DNA of 63,185 nucleotides, counting the filler, from Reticulomyxa filosa (taxonomy: Eukaryota > Protista > Foraminifera): NCBI GenBank assembly GCA_000512085.1. It is 21 parts of 21 records of this genome, joined end to end, with 100 filler letters (N's around TTAATTAATTAA, not from the genome) between each part and the next. Parts side by side here need not be neighbours in the genome. Positions count along the whole stretch, not along the records: positions 48,269 to 49,466 come from ASPP01011991.1; positions 49,567 to 50,714 come from ASPP01002036.1; positions 50,815 to 52,049 come from ASPP01004629.1; positions 52,150 to 53,432 come from ASPP01029002.1; positions 53,533 to 55,203 come from ASPP01000296.1; positions 55,304 to 63,185 come from ASPP01009619.1; 15 more parts are not named here. The stretch is one strand, 5' to 3'. A program made the position numbers and the translations under genes. Position 1 is the first letter of the stretch, and each line of letters starts with the position of its first letter. Of the stretch, positions 48,312 through 62,120 are shown in pieces. The notes beneath the pieces were generated by a model, which worked only from the letters and a program-made list of their open reading frames with translations, did not search any database and was not told the origin of the DNA.

Positions 48312-49394
48312 AGCGCCAGGAGTAACAGCATCAATGTGCATTTTGGTGGCCTCTGCAACCGAGCAAATCGTGCCAGCACACACAAAGTCCAAATCACCAG
48401 AGTATATTGAAGCTGCACTGTCATTGTCATTTGTCACTGGGATTATCTTTATCATACTAGTAAGTCTCTCAGACAGACAGTTTGAGAGAGGACGGGAGGG
48501 GGGAAAGCAATTTTTTTGTTTGTTTGTTTGTTTGTTTGGCAGCAACATATTTTGATTGTGTGTAACATGCAATTGCCAACTACTCGCAGAGCGTTTTGAA
48601 AGTTGGTGGAATAGCACAGCTATTGTCTGCTCCAGTTATGAGTGGGTATATACTTTCTTCCGCATTGATCATATTACTGAGTCAACAAGCAGCGTTTTGG
48701 AGAATAACTATAGTTGAGAAAAAAATTATGTATTCCTCCCCCTTTTTTTTCCTCCTCCCCCCCCTTTTCAAATGTAACGACTGATTTGAATATAAGTTTT
48801 GCCTTTATACAAAAATATTGGAAACAAAACACTTTAGCCGTCAACCGACTACTTTTATCAGCAGCTGCATCAAGTGTTGGTGCACTTGCCACAAACCCAC
48901 GGATGGACTGCGTGATATCGATTGTATGCACGACTCTGCTGTTGCTTCCGCGATGGTTTCCTCGACGTATTCCTCGATGGTTCCCAATGCCATTGCTCGT
49001 GATGATAGCAATGACAGTAATATCTAAAGTCGCCAATTTAAAAGAGTACGGAATCGTGCTGGTCGGAGAATTGGAATCGCAACTGCCGCCCAGACACGTC
49101 CCCAGACAAAGATATCTGACTAAATCAGATGTGTGGCTGCAAGCACTAGTGTTGGCGCTCGTGTTGTACGCCGACAACATTTCCTTGGCCAGGGCCTTTG
49201 GCACAAAAGCGGAGGAAAGACAGCGTCTCGCTGTTGAAAGGCATCTAGCATTGCAAGCCGACGGCGACGAGCAAAGAACTACTTCCAAGCCAGACTCTTC
49301 CGGCGATCAAAAGCGGGAGCATAGTCACAGCAAAAGCCACGATAAGAAGAAGTCGCCTCAACTGGAAGGATTGGAAGGAAGTCTTTTGGTTTAG
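48309..49394 (+). CDS. Second SulP/SLC26 transporter, internal fragment
   Basis: IAPGVTASMCILV, ALSLSFVTGII, LLSAPVMSGYILSSALIILLSQ and LVLYADNISLARAFG. Confidence 0.8.
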
Positions 49395-49566
49395 TGTTTA
49401 ACGAGAGTGAAAGAGAGAGAGAGGAAAAAGGGGGGGGGGGGGGGAGGAGGAAGGGAAAAAAAACGGNNNNNNNNNNNNNNNNNNNNNNNNNNNNNNNNNN
49501 NNNNNNNNNNTTAATTAATTAANNNNNNNNNNNNNNNNNNNNNNNNNNNNNNNNNNNNNNNNNNNN

Positions 49567-50714
49567 TAAAATCTAGAAATTTGTGTTTAAACTCTTCAAC
49601 TGTGATATAATCCCAATAAGTTGTCAATTGAACTTGTAATTCTTTCACACCTTTTTTCATATACTTGTTTGAATGTTGAACCTCTTGGTAATAAATTATT
49701 TTTGATTAATATTTCTTTTAATTGCTTCTGATTCATTCCCAATAAAAATGTTGCACCTTCTTCCAATAATTTTTCACCATTTTGATCAATCAATTTATCT
49801 TTGACATAATCAATTGCATATTCAATTCTTTTCATTCATTATAAATTTCAGGATATTTTCAAAAGGAGTTCTTAAGGTGAGAGAAGTCTCCTGATTTTGC
49901 TGCTTCATGAACAACAGTATAACATCCTTTGTATGCATTCTCATCATTACAAACTTCTTCAATTTCATTATTCAAACAAGGATATGCCAATATCTCTGTC
50001 AATATTATTGTCATCCCACTTTGATTGATGAGTTGGAAATGTCCATTCAATGGCCTGTTCATCACAATATCTGTTTAACTCATTCAAAGCATCGAAATTG
50101 ATATTATAATCATCAAAGCTCAATTGAATACGAGGATTGAATATCACCAAACCAGTAATTGAATGTTCATATCATTGGCTATTTTCATCAATGTATTTTC
50201 ATTTTTCATTTGGATATTTTCTTTCAATCCACAAATGATTACATATTTCCACATATTTTCGGATATTTTTGATAATACATCTCGAGCGTACTGTTTAAAT
50301 CCCTTTTTCACTCTTTCCAACAAATGTATCACTAATAAATACAATTGTTTGCCATTCAATTTCATTGAAATCGTCTATCTTTGCCTTTGTCGTTGTTTGT
50401 ATCGATTGAATGTTTGGAAATAAATATCAAAGCGTTGAAAACTCTCATCAAAATTGAACATACTTGTTCATGTTCTTTTGATTCATTTAATTCATACAAA
50501 CAATTCATCAAATAATCTATTCCTGGAATGTCAAATGAGGGAAATACACTGAATCATCTGATTGATTTTTTGCTTTATTCATGTCCTTGAATAAATCCAA
50601 ATGAATTGATTCTAGATCATTGAGATATCACTGAAATATCTTTACATGGATATATATTTTTTATCATATGTAATACTTTTTGTTGGATTTCACAAGAAAT
50701 TATTGCTTGTCCAC
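49567..50714 (-). pseudogene. Pseudogene of the second NACHT subfamily (post-NACHT region)
   Basis: The reverse complement of 50600-50714 matches 31695-31800 (IISCEIQQ.VL.MIK..YP.KDISVISQ); many stops and frameshifts. Confidence 0.7.
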
Positions 50715-51485
50715 NNNNNNNNNNNNNNNNNNNNNNNNNNNNNNNNNNNNNNNNNNNNTTAATTAATTAANNNNNNNNNNNNNNNNNNNNNNNNNNNNNN
50801 NNNNNNNNNNNNNNCAACGAAAGAAAAAAAGAAGATGAGTTTGTTCATATTAATGATGGCTGACTTCAACGCACAATATGAGTGTTGGATTGTCTCATCT
50901 TCGCCCAAAACCTCTTTAGATAATGGCGAACACAAAACATTCGGTGGCAGATTTACCTTCGCCAACGTGTCAATCCTGGTAAGATGCAACTTCACCAGAC
51001 AAACGCACCTATCGCCCAGTGGCAAACTACCACTGTTCCATAGTCATCGGCCGGAATGGCCCATGTCAAAATGAATAAAAATTTGACATTCTAAAAAAAC
51101 TGTTCTGTTTTTTTTATGATAATACTCGAAGTGTTTGTACTTTATTTGATTGAAAAGTATTATAAAAAATAAGTAATTTTGCAAGTGTTAGAAAATTGCA
51201 TTAAACTATTTTCAACATTCCACAAAGAATTGGAATATTTTTTGGTGTGAAGAAAAATAAGGAAACGTCAAGTCTGTCGTTCGTTTGATGGCTATTTGAC
51301 ATTTGTACAATTTGCATCAAACAGATAAGATGATACATTTTTCATTGAACAAAGAAAAGTAAAATAGACTCGTTGCAATTTGTGAATTCTTTTTTGCTAT
51401 TGTGATTAATTCTTTTGCCATTGCTGCAATGGACGATTCTGTGATGAAAAAAAGCAATAGAAATAATGTTAGAATATATGATACA

Positions 51486-52049
51486 TCATAAAACAAAGCA
51501 AAGTAACACAACTGATTGTCCGGCTTTTCCAGGCTGTGGCGCAGGGGGAGGACCAGACGAGCCGTTTTGCTGACCACTCAATGGACGAGCTGATTGCAAA
51601 GGTTTTGCACTTTGAACAGGCGATTTGGATTGATTATTTTGAACAGGCGATTTGGATTGATTATTTTGAACAGGTGACTTGGACTGGGGCGCAGATGGTG
51701 GTCCAGAGCCATATTTTTCTTGTTTTTTACGATAGTATTCATCATCACTGTCGCTATCTTTGTCTTCTTCTTCCTCTTGCTTCTGCGGCTTTGGCGGTGG
51801 CTTCTTGCTGGAATTGAAGTTATTTTGGCTTTGAAATTGCTGAGGTGGCCTATTGGTAGAGCTTCCAGTTTGGAAAGAAGAAGGAGGAGGTGGAGGAGGC
51901 CCTTCTTCCGTGTCCACCGTTTTCTCCACCTGCACATAGTTGCCCAGCACCTGTTTGACTTGGAAGCCTAGTCCTCCGACATGCTCGGCCACACCGACCA
52001 CTTGAGATATGTCACCAACCATGGTTTGATGCGTTTTCTTTTGCAAAGG
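51486..52049 (-). CDS. Pro/Gln-rich low-complexity protein fragment
   Basis: Open frame with poly-Pro tracts, an acidic patch and a 27-bp coding repeat. Confidence 0.5.
   Translation of the reverse strand, partial: PLQKKTHQTMVGDISQVVGVAEHVGGLGFQVKQVLGNYVQVEKTVDTEEGPPPPPPSSFQTGSSTNRPPQQFQSQNNFNSSKKPPPKPQKQEEEEDKDSDSDDEYYRKKQEKYGSGPPSAPQSKSPVQNNQSKSPVQNNQSKSPVQSAKPLQSARPLSGQQNGSSGPPPAPQPGKAGQSVVLLCFVL
51611..51684 (-). repeat. 27-bp coding tandem repeat, about 2.7 copies (QSKSPVQNN)
   Basis: TTTGAACAGGCGATTTGGATTGATTAT repeated. Confidence 0.9.
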
Positions 52050-53569
52050 NNNNNNNNNNNNNNNNNNNNNNNNNNNNNNNNNNNNNNNNNNNNTTAATTA
52101 ATTAANNNNNNNNNNNNNNNNNNNNNNNNNNNNNNNNNNNNNNNNNNNNAATGTTCAGAAATTATAATTTTGTCTAAATATTTTTGTTGTAATGGTAACA
52201 CGTCGCTTTTTTTTTTTAGGTGTTGCTGAAGATGTACATGCCAAATATCATCGGGTTGATTGTGTATACATTTACCTGTGATTTTTCCTCTGTTTTTTCG
52301 TATTCGGTATCAGATCTTTTTCCCATCAATGATAATTCCAAAAAAGCGGAACTTTTCAACTTCATCCCAAATTGAATCATTGCTAATTTTATTATGCCTT
52401 GTTTTTCAGAATCCTTTTTTATAAGATGGCTAGTGTTCTGGATAGTCAAGGAATTGACATTTTAGATTTGAAATGTTTTGAAATGAGATTGATCACAATA
52501 AGGTGATAAAAAAATACATAAAAACATGACCCTGCTAAACAGATTGAATGAAACAAAAAAATTGATGTCCTCTCTTGACTATGAAGATAGATTTACAACG
52601 CCAACTTGCATGTTGCCAATGTCAGGAGAGGTCACAATAGCAAGCGTATTTGTTTTGGCTGTGATAACAGCATCTCTTTTTCAAATGATGTTGTTGTCTT
52701 GGGTGTATTGGATTTACACTGGTTGTTTCTTTCTTTTTCGGCAGCTGTTGCATTTTGCAGATGAATACTTTGGTGAAGGAACTCTCCATGTTGTCTATGT
52801 TTGGCTTGTTAGGCTGTTTGAAGAGAGAAGAGTTAAAACCACATTCGTAAAGCACAAGAGAACTTTTAAAAAAGGGAAAACTTTCTCTCTTCAATAGAAA
52901 AATCATCATTCAAGGAAAAATAATGAATCATTCCAAAAAAACAACTTTAATTTTCAATTATCTGTAATTGATCCTTTTTTTTGAATCCAATTGTGGAAAT
53001 ACTGTACAAAAATTTTAACAATTATTTTTCCAAATATTTTTGTCAAAAATGCAAAAAATTACAAGTTTGTATCTTTTTTAATAACATTTATGAGTTGTGC
53101 ATTTAGTCTTAGTTAAGAAAAAAAGGTCTTTTTTTTTTTTGATTGTGTCTCTCTCGTCGTACCAGCTCGCAATTAGGGTGATTACACCCTCTGTCACTGG
53201 TACGTCTTTTTTGTTTTGTTTTTTTAAATAATTTCAGCTTAAACAAGAAAAGTGGTTTGTTGTTTAACAGCAGTCAACTTCAAAAAAAAAAATGTCTTTC
53301 TTACTCGGGTGCTGTGCATCCTTCAATAAAAGAAAAAAGAAAATGGGCAAGGCCCCCGTCTCCGCAAGGAGAAATTCTGGTTTGTTAGTTCTATTTCTTT
53401 TTTTTAACATACGACATTATGTGTTTTTTGCANNNNNNNNNNNNNNNNNNNNNNNNNNNNNNNNNNNNNNNNNNNNTTAATTAATTAANNNNNNNNNNNN
53501 NNNNNNNNNNNNNNNNNNNNNNNNNNNNNNNNAATTTTAATAAAAGTGCAAATGATACGCATTATAGCA

Positions 53570-53726
53570 GAATTTTCAAAAATCATTTGAAATAATGTTG
53601 ATTTCATCCAACAAAAAAAAAAGTTATTAAAAAATCAATATCATATTTAAAAACTACAAGACTTGTAGATATTTTTTTAAAAAAAAATTAGGTCTAAATG
53701 TTGATTTTTCATTGAGAAAATCAATT
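53570..53726. repeat. Copy of the ~155-bp dispersed repeat at 2221-2376
   Basis: Reverse-complement similarity along the whole length. Confidence 0.7.
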
Positions 53727-54418
53727 ATCATCATAAGATATGTTTTAGGCGTTCAATTTTCTTTGCAACCTACTGTAGTATGAAGAAGTTTTTGGAATTG
53801 AAATTTGTATTTGTTATGATGTATTCTTGAAATCATACTTCAGTTTCCAAAACAAAGCATGATCAGCTCAAAAATTATTTTACTTAAGTTTACAAAGAAA
53901 AAATCTACTGAGCGAGATTTAACAAAAAGTTTTTGATTCGCAAAAAGGATCAAAATCAATAATTACTCACGAATTTGCTTTCGTTTTCTTATAAACAAAA
54001 CTAATGACTAAAGTACACAAAATTGGTTAGTTTCGAAATGAAAAAAAAATTAAAGCAATACTATTTTAGTAAAAATATATCATAACAATGAAACATTTCA
54101 AAACAGCTTGTCATGAACTCACTTCGTTTAAAATCAAACGTTTGTATTTTGACTAGCTTTTTTTCCTTGTTCAAAGCAATTCTTTAATTTTGATATTTTC
54201 TTGACCACAAATGCTATTTCGTGTGTATGGAAAAGCAGTAGTTTCATTAGCATCGAAAGTGATATCATTTTTTGTGTTGTAGCTTTTGATTTTTGGACGA
54301 TAAACAGTATTACAAAAAAGGACGATCAAATACACATTGACTAACTACATTTTAATTAATTTAGTTTCCCTTTAAACCAAAATAAAAAAGGTTTTGTTTT
54401 GAAGTTCACTTCATCATC

Positions 54419-55203
54419 ATGCTTGCACAACTTCAACAAGCGTTTCCCAACATAGCTGAAGAGGTTGTCTTAAAGGCATGGGAGAAATGTAATGAAAATG
54501 TTGATATGACAAAGGATATCTTAACTTGGCTAATAGAAAACACGTAACAATAGATCTCTACGTATTTATTTTCTCTTTTTAATAATGGTTATGTTTTTTT
54601 TTTAATAATTATTATTTTATATTTTGACACAGCACAACTTTACAACAACAGCAATATTTAATGGAATTATTTATACATTTTGGTGGTGGCTTTGAAAAAA
54701 CAACAATACTACAAACATGGAAAAATTTCAATCAAATTTTTATTGATACATTCGAAAAATTAGAAGAAATTTGTGCAACTTCCAACTTGAATGAGTTAAA
54801 TGCGCATGAGATGTACACACTACTGCATAATAAAAAAATAATTGTAATAGGTTGAAAGAAGAAAATGAATTTAAAATAATTCGAGAGATGTGTTTGCATC
54901 TTTTGTGGAATATTTTGAAATATCCTAAACATATCAAATATCGTCAAATTCACAAACAAGCTTTATACAACTGTTTATCCAAAAAATGTAGTGCATTAGG
55001 CGCAGATTTTGAGCGAGTATTTGTAACTATGGAAAATGAATTGCAAATTATTGGATTCAAAAAAGGAAATGATGATAATTGGTATTATCAATATGATCAT
55101 AGTCAATTATTACATCTGTGGAAATATTATCAAAAAGTAATTTTCGATCAAGTCATGTATGTCGTTAATAAAACAAATGATATAAATATATAAATATATA
55201 AAT
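54419..55203 (+). CDS. CUE/UBA-like + PUB-domain protein (3' truncated)
   Basis: MLAQLQQAFPNIAEEVVLKAWEKCNENVD (CUE-like FP motif) and LLWNILKYPKHIKYRQI...LQIIGF (PUB pattern); short GT-AG introns. Confidence 0.65.
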
Positions 55204-56235
55204 NNNNNNNNNNNNNNNNNNNNNNNNNNNNNNNNNNNNNNNNNNNNTTAATTAATTAANNNNNNNNNNNNNNNNNNNNNNNNNNNNNNNNNNNNNNNNN
55301 NNNAAACAAACTTTCATACAATAAATATGTTACATAAATATATACATTTATATTTTTACATTAAACATATTATTATATATATGATGTTTTTTGTTCATTA
55401 AAAAATTAAAGTTATTCAACTATAAAATCTGATAAGTGTTATATTACTTTTGGAGCGATATAATGTAAGTTTACCTTTTGTTTTGAACTTGTTGAAAATT
55501 GAAATTTGTTATAAAAATATATTAAAAACTTTGAAATGTAAAACAATTACTTTGCAAGTTTAACCAGTGACAAAATTAAATACGATAAATGAGCTACATT
55601 GGCAGCAACATTTATTTTCAGCTTAAAACAATTAGAAAGTTGATAAATTTTGGCGACTATTTGCACGATAGTTTTTAAGAAAATTTTTATTAGTGAATTT
55701 GTGGAAAGAGAAAAATGTTTGTTTTGAAAAATAAATTGATTTGTGTTTTTTGGTTTGTGATTGTTCAAATCCGAGTTTTGAAATCTAAAAACTTGCGCTA
55801 ATAAAAAATTGTGACACTTTGATTGCGGAATTTTTAAATTAAAAACAAAGACAATATGATTTATTTCTGTTGCACTTGTTTCGGAATAAGTATTAGTTCG
55901 CGAAAATAATAGATATTGGACAATTTGTTAAATGAAGCCAGATTTCGCGTGTGCAAGAGAGGAATGACAAGTTCTCGGAACCTGGTCACTTGAACATGTG
56001 TTCTGTAAATAATCGAATTTATAAACTAAAGTCTACAATCAACAAAAACTTCCCTCCTGGCCCTGATTCCAAACAACAGCATACTTTTCTTGAAAAAAGA
56101 AACGAGTTTGAAAATTTGTGCTTACTTTGAAGAAATTTTATTCGACAACTCAACCTTTTTTTATTGTGTATTAATTATATTGTTAATATTGATGTGTAAT
56201 AAGGTCAAATGGAGACCAAAAAAAAGTAATTATCC

Positions 56236-58005
56236 TCAACTTTTAAATTTTTTTGACACTGGTTCGTACGTGGTTTCATCGCGGATACCAGCCTGGCCAA
56301 AAGTGCGTTTGCGACGCTTCATTTTGAGAAAGTCATGAATATTGATATTGGAACGACCTTCGACAATGTCCGTGCCGGCAACGTTGTGTTGTCGCGACGA
56401 GTTTTCCTTGTTAAAGTCATAAAGACCATGCCCTTCCTGTGTACCTGCGGCACCGCCCGCCTTCTGGTTGTGTCGACGTGCCTCCTCTTTGATTTCCTCC
56501 TCGACCAATTTCTGTCGATTTAAAAAAAAAAAAACAAAAAATAATAAATAAAAATAATGATAATAACAATAACAATTGACAACAATAAAAACAAACCAAA
56601 CTATCTCTTTTGCCAACACAGCATCTAAAAGTTTTTGTAATTCCATCATATCCTGGTACATGACATGCCCCATTTTTTTCTTCAACTGTTCATTTGTCAA
56701 AGTGTTGGAAATCGATTGCAAAGTTTCTTCGCTATTAAAAAAAAGCACACACACACACAAATACAAATATATAAATGTATAAATATATATATATACATAC
56801 ATTATATTTATATAATATATGTTTAAAAAATAATAATAATAATAAAAAGTGCGAAACATGTTCTCTTCATTCGGACATAAGCCCAAGTCGGTTAACATTT
56901 GAACCAATCTTTTGTAAAGCAAATTGACAGTGGTTTTCAAATGGAATTGAAAGGCGACAGACAACTTGGCGCATTCGGCCGACTTGGAGCACATGAAATG
57001 GAAAAAAGTTAAGTCGCGGATATTGTCGAAGCAATGACGATGGTAGTAGGCAATGGCCTTTTCAAACTCGTCAATGCTCCGTTCAAACATCCCATTTTCT
57101 ATTTGCACTTCGCCCAAAAGCGAATGAATCTCCATTAACATGCAAACCATGCCCCGCGGCACGTGCGTCTTTTGTCCGATGGCCTTCCAATGACCTTCGC
57201 AAAGCAACCGCGCCATTTCCAATGCCTCCCAAGCCACCTCGCGATCTTCACTGCTGCTTCTCGCAATCATTTGTCGTAACGCCTCGTCTTTCTGTCTTTC
57301 TCTTTGTGACACTTCATCTCCGCCCATGCCATTATTATTATTATTACTATATCCTCCTCCCATTTGAATCGGCTTTGCTGTTTTTTGAGATCCCGCTATA
57401 CCCATACCACCCCACATGTCCTCTTCGTCCTCTTCTTCTTCTCGTCTTTTTGTTCGTCTCTCATCAATGTTCAATATTGTCATCTTTTTCTCCATTTTTC
57501 GGTCCATTCGCGTTCTCTCCATTTCCATCTCCACTGTTCCAACAATAAGTTTTTTTTTCTTTTTTTTCGGAGTTTTTCTTCTTTTTTTTTTTTTTAAACA
57601 TACCTATCCATTTCTTGCTATGTTGCGATAATTTCAATAATGCTTTGCCATATTGTAAGTAACAACAGCTTAGGTCTATTGGACTTATCAAATTCTTGTG
57701 TGCACTTCTATTTATCAGTTTTATTATGTGTGTACTTTTCTTCACACCTTCAGTCCATTACAAAGTCAAACACAAAATGTTTGATCCTTTTTCTATCTAA
57801 TCTGTCTCTTCTCTCTTCTCTTTTTTTTGTGCGAATTTTGATGACTCAACAAAAATTCCAGGAGTTGGGACAAATTTGAGGCAGCGTTTTCAAAATCTTT
57901 TTCTTTAATCAGTATTTCTGAACGGTCCAAGTGGCCTCGCCAATTATCAATCGTGATATCAAGTTCGATTGCATTTTCTTCTTTGATGGTGGCAAGTATT
58001 GACAT
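56236..58005 (-). CDS. NASP/Sim3/Hif1-like SHNi-TPR histone chaperone
   Basis: YLQYGKALL, an acidic insertion, EDREVAWEALEMAR, EIHSLLGEVQIENGMFERSIDEF and a C-terminal basic NLS-like KRRKR. Confidence 0.82.
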
Positions 58006-58344
58006 GGTTCCAGATTAATATCGTGCCAAAACAAAGGGGCAATCACTACTTTTTTTACAAAAAACTTTAAAACTTACTCATTTTTTTTTATTGATCTTTC
58101 TTCCCCTTTTTGCGATAAGATTTTTAACACAAACGAATAAAATCTATTCTTGCGGGTTTTGTGGCAAATCTAATTAACAATTGAATGGTTTTGCTAAAAC
58201 AATAAGATACTTCAACTAACTCAAAATCTAAAGTACTTTAACAATTGAGATTTGAAGAGAAAAAAATTGAACAGTTTCTCAAAAAAAGCTATTCAAATGA
58301 GTAACTAGCGCTATTTTGCCCTTTTTTCAATAAACAATTCGAAA

Positions 58345-59788
58345 TCATGCCCAAATCTAAAAAAATCATACAATTACACAGACTTATTTAGTATTTTTAA
58401 AAACGATAATATAGCTTTATTCTTCAAATTAACTTTAAGAAGAGTATCCCACGAGCCTGTTGCTAAGGCTTGTCCATCTGCAGTAACTCCCAAACAGGAC
58501 ACTCGGTTTTGATGGCCACATAACTTTTGTAGTTGTGTTCCGTGGATTGTATCCCAAACATGGCAGCTGAAATCATCGTAACTTGTAAACAAAAATTTTC
58601 CAGTACTACTTACGCCAACGCTGGTGATACCACATAAAATATTCTCGCTAGAGTAAACATTCATTTGTCGATAACAACGCATATCAAATAAACGACACGA
58701 GCTGTCATCACTTCCTGTACAATAAAAACCAGCCAGTTTTCATTTTTTTAAAAGCGAATATTATTTTGTGTAAATTTCTGCTAAATGTCCTCATTTCCAA
58801 TAGGACAAAAAACATTTCAATTAAAAATTAGACTAGTTGTTACTTCAACGCCACAGTTTACCTGTCGCAAAGGTGATTCCATTGGATAAAAACTGAACGC
58901 TGTTGATGTCGCATTCATGCCCTCGAAATGTGTAACAAGATTTTTTTGTCACTCCTGAAATCAAAGACCTTAGAAGTACTGTCACAACTTCCGGTGACGA
59001 ATACATGAGCATTTCCTTGATCATAAGTTGACAAAGCCATTACATCTCCAGTGTGCTCAGTAAAAGTAGTTTTGGCAGTTTTGGTTTCGATGTCCCACAA
59101 AATACAAGTCGAGTCTCCACTGCTGGTTAAAATTTCGTTGTCGTTGATAAATCGGCAACAAGACAAATATCCTTCATGCTGAGCTAACTCACGGTGTGCC
59201 ATTTTCACGTTCTCCAAAGTGTTGGTTTGTAACTCTTCATTGGCGTTGTTAGTGCCAGTTTTATTCGCAATCAGTTTGTGGATTGTGCACAAGTTGTCTA
59301 AGCCACCACAAGCCACGAACGAGCCGCTTGGCGCATAAGCGCAAGTCATCACCCATGAACTTCTCAAAGGGATGGCTTGAATTTTGTTTTGTGTATGTGC
59401 GTTCCAAATTATTAATTTCCCATCTTGTGACGCACTTACTAAATGCGTGCTGTCTATGTTCCAATGCATGGCATATATTTTTCCAAAATGTCCTCTCAGC
59501 ACTCTTCGAGTTTTTAATTTCGTCGTTGCCAATGCTAAATTTTTGCCTTTTGCTGCTTCTTGCACTGAAGTTTTTTGTTCGAGAATTGTGTTCTCAGAAG
59601 TTTTATTCCTAAAGTGACTGATTAATGTAATCATTTCAAAAAAATAAAAATAAAAATAAACAAATAAATAGTAAAAATAATGGATAGTAACAATATTTTT
59701 GCGTTTTGTCTCCTCTCATTGCATCGATCTTTTTTCGTAAATCATTGCAATCTTTTTTGCACTGTTCGAAGATCTCTTTCGTTGACAT
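58345..59788 (-). CDS. GNB: Heterotrimeric G-protein beta subunit
   Basis: [78 protein letters not shown] and C-terminal IWA; two compensating single-base indels at about 58885-58945. Confidence 0.96.
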
Positions 59789-60169
59789 TCGTCTGGTGTT
59801 TTCAAACAAAAAAAATTAATGAAAGGGCGATTTGTTAGCACTGGGTAAAGTGTTTGGAAATTGTTACATGTAAATTATTAAAACCAATGATGAGTTAATA
59901 GAAACCAAGTGAAGAAACAGAAAGGGTATAATGGACTGATTGAGCAGGTTTTGTAATCTATCATAAAAACAACTTTCATAGCAATCCTGAGATGAATATG
60001 ATTTTTTTTTTATTTTTGAAACTAATGCTTATTTTTCTTAAAAAAAAACAAAAAAATAATGAAAAGAATCTCGTAGAGAATATTTTTTTTGGAATGAAAA
60101 AAAGTAAGTCTTTTAAAATTCAAATAATTAAACAAAAAATAAGCAAAAGAAATTGCAATAAAAAAAAAA

Positions 60170-62120
60170 TTATCCTTTCAAAGCAGCAAAAATATCTTTT
60201 GATAGCCATTTTTTCAAAGGCTTATTTTTTTTAGGATTGGTGTTGTGAATTTTGTGAGTGGGCTCAGAGACAGAAATAGATGTGGGTGCATGTGTGGGGG
60301 TGTTGTCTTGTGGGCAAAGTTGTGAAGCGGAAAGCAGCTGTTGGTAGATCCAATCATGAAAATGATACATGGGAATGCCACGTTTTTGGCATTCATTCCA
60401 CAAATCGGTTTGCTTGATGTCGCTCATTTCGTCCAAGTCGATTTGTTTTGGAAAAGCCTCACAAAGTTTGGTTTTGCAAGCAATATAAGTCAACATGAAG
60501 AACTCCTCTTCACTGTCTGTTCCAACATGCTGTTTCTTCAATGATGACATGTTTGTTTTGTTTCTTTCGAGCTCTCCGCTAGTTATTGTATTTTCATTGT
60601 GAACTGCATGCTCTTCGTTCACGTCCGCCCTTTCTTTGACTTCTCTGTCCACGCTCCAGTGCTGCTGTCTATTGTCTTTATCTTTGTCCTCGTCCTTGTT
60701 CTTGTCCTTCTCTTTGTCGTGTTTGGACAATAGAGCTGGCACAAGTGCATCGTTCACGTCCTCATGGCCGTATTTGACATCATCCAAAGACTCGATATGC
60801 TCGGCATTTGTCAATGACACCAATGTGTCCGCTCCGGTCAATTCCATCTTTTTGGAGTGGTACATGTGTTGCTCCGATTCGCGGAGCAATTCCAACTCCG
60901 TGTTGTTCTGCTCCAACTCCAAATTTTCCCTCTCCAATCGACTTTGCTTCGTTTTGATTTTAATTTTAATTTTGATTTTGCATTTGTGTTTATATTTATA
61001 TTTGTGTTTGTATTTGTATTTGTATATTTATCTTTATATTTTCCCAATCACTCAAATCATACCATTTACATATACGTATATGCATATATGTGTATATGTA
61101 ACCTTGTCTTTGAGTTGGAAAATGAGATCGGTAGCGTGTTGCAAGTCAATTTCCAATTGCTGGCATTTTTGCTTGAGTTGTGCGATTTCGTGTTTCATTG
61201 TCAAGTGTTCGTCATCCACTAATGACGAATTGGCATCATCCCTGTGTCGGTCATATTGCAGCGTGTCTGTCACTTGTGTCAGCACATCATCATTTTTTAT
61301 CGTTTCCCCATTACGACCTCGTTCTTCTTCTTCTTCTTCTTCTTCGTCTAATGTGTCTATTTTTCTTCCTTTCTTTTTTTTTTTTTTTTTTTGTCACACG
61401 TATGATATTATGTGTTATGACAAACGGAATAAATAAATAAATAACATATATAATATATATATATATATATTATATATGTTATTTATTTATTTACAAAATT
61501 GACATGAGTAAATTGTGATTGTTGTCCATTCTCGCCTTCGCTTCTATGTTCACCGTGTTCTTGTCCGTGTTCATGTGTATGTTGGTGTTCGTGTGGATGT
61601 GCATGATCGTGCTCGTCATGTGCAAGAGAGTTGTTATTTTTGATTGGTTGATGAATGAGCTCGCGTAAATCATGCGCCTCTTGCTGCAATTGTTCGACCA
61701 TTTGTTTGTGTTCGGCCAACGACTCGTCCATGCGATGAAGCATTTGCTCATAACTTTGGCATTTGTTTTGCAGCTCCACGTTGTCGTGGTCATATCTTTC
61801 GACCAGAGCTTGCATCTCTTGTTTTGCCGATTGTAAATATTGCAGCTGTTGCTTTAATTCATTTGTCAATATCGTCGAGTCTCTCAACTCTTCTGTCAAT
61901 GTCTCCACTTGTCTTTGCAACAATCCCAATTCTTTGTCTTTTTCTTTTTCTTGCTCCAACAAACCTTGCACCACTTGTGCCAATTGTCTTTCTATCCATT
62001 CGCGATTATTTGTCGTTAGTTCGTTTTGCGATAATATTGCATGAACCAACTCCATCGCTGCGTTTTTTTCCTGTCTTGTTTTTTTTCCCCCCCCACAATA
62101 CAGAAACCATCACACATTAA
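60170..62120 (-). CDS. Large multi-exon coiled-coil protein (may extend to the window end)
   Basis: Colinear ORFs 61483-62055, 61052-61285 and 60170-60937 with heptad-rich E/Q/L/K composition and a His-rich linker. Confidence 0.6.

Noticed and set aside
58880-58950. Frameshifts in G-beta as pseudogenisation or programmed frameshifting
   Set aside because: A +1 and a -1 indel in A-runs of an otherwise highly conserved gene are best explained as homopolymer sequencing errors.
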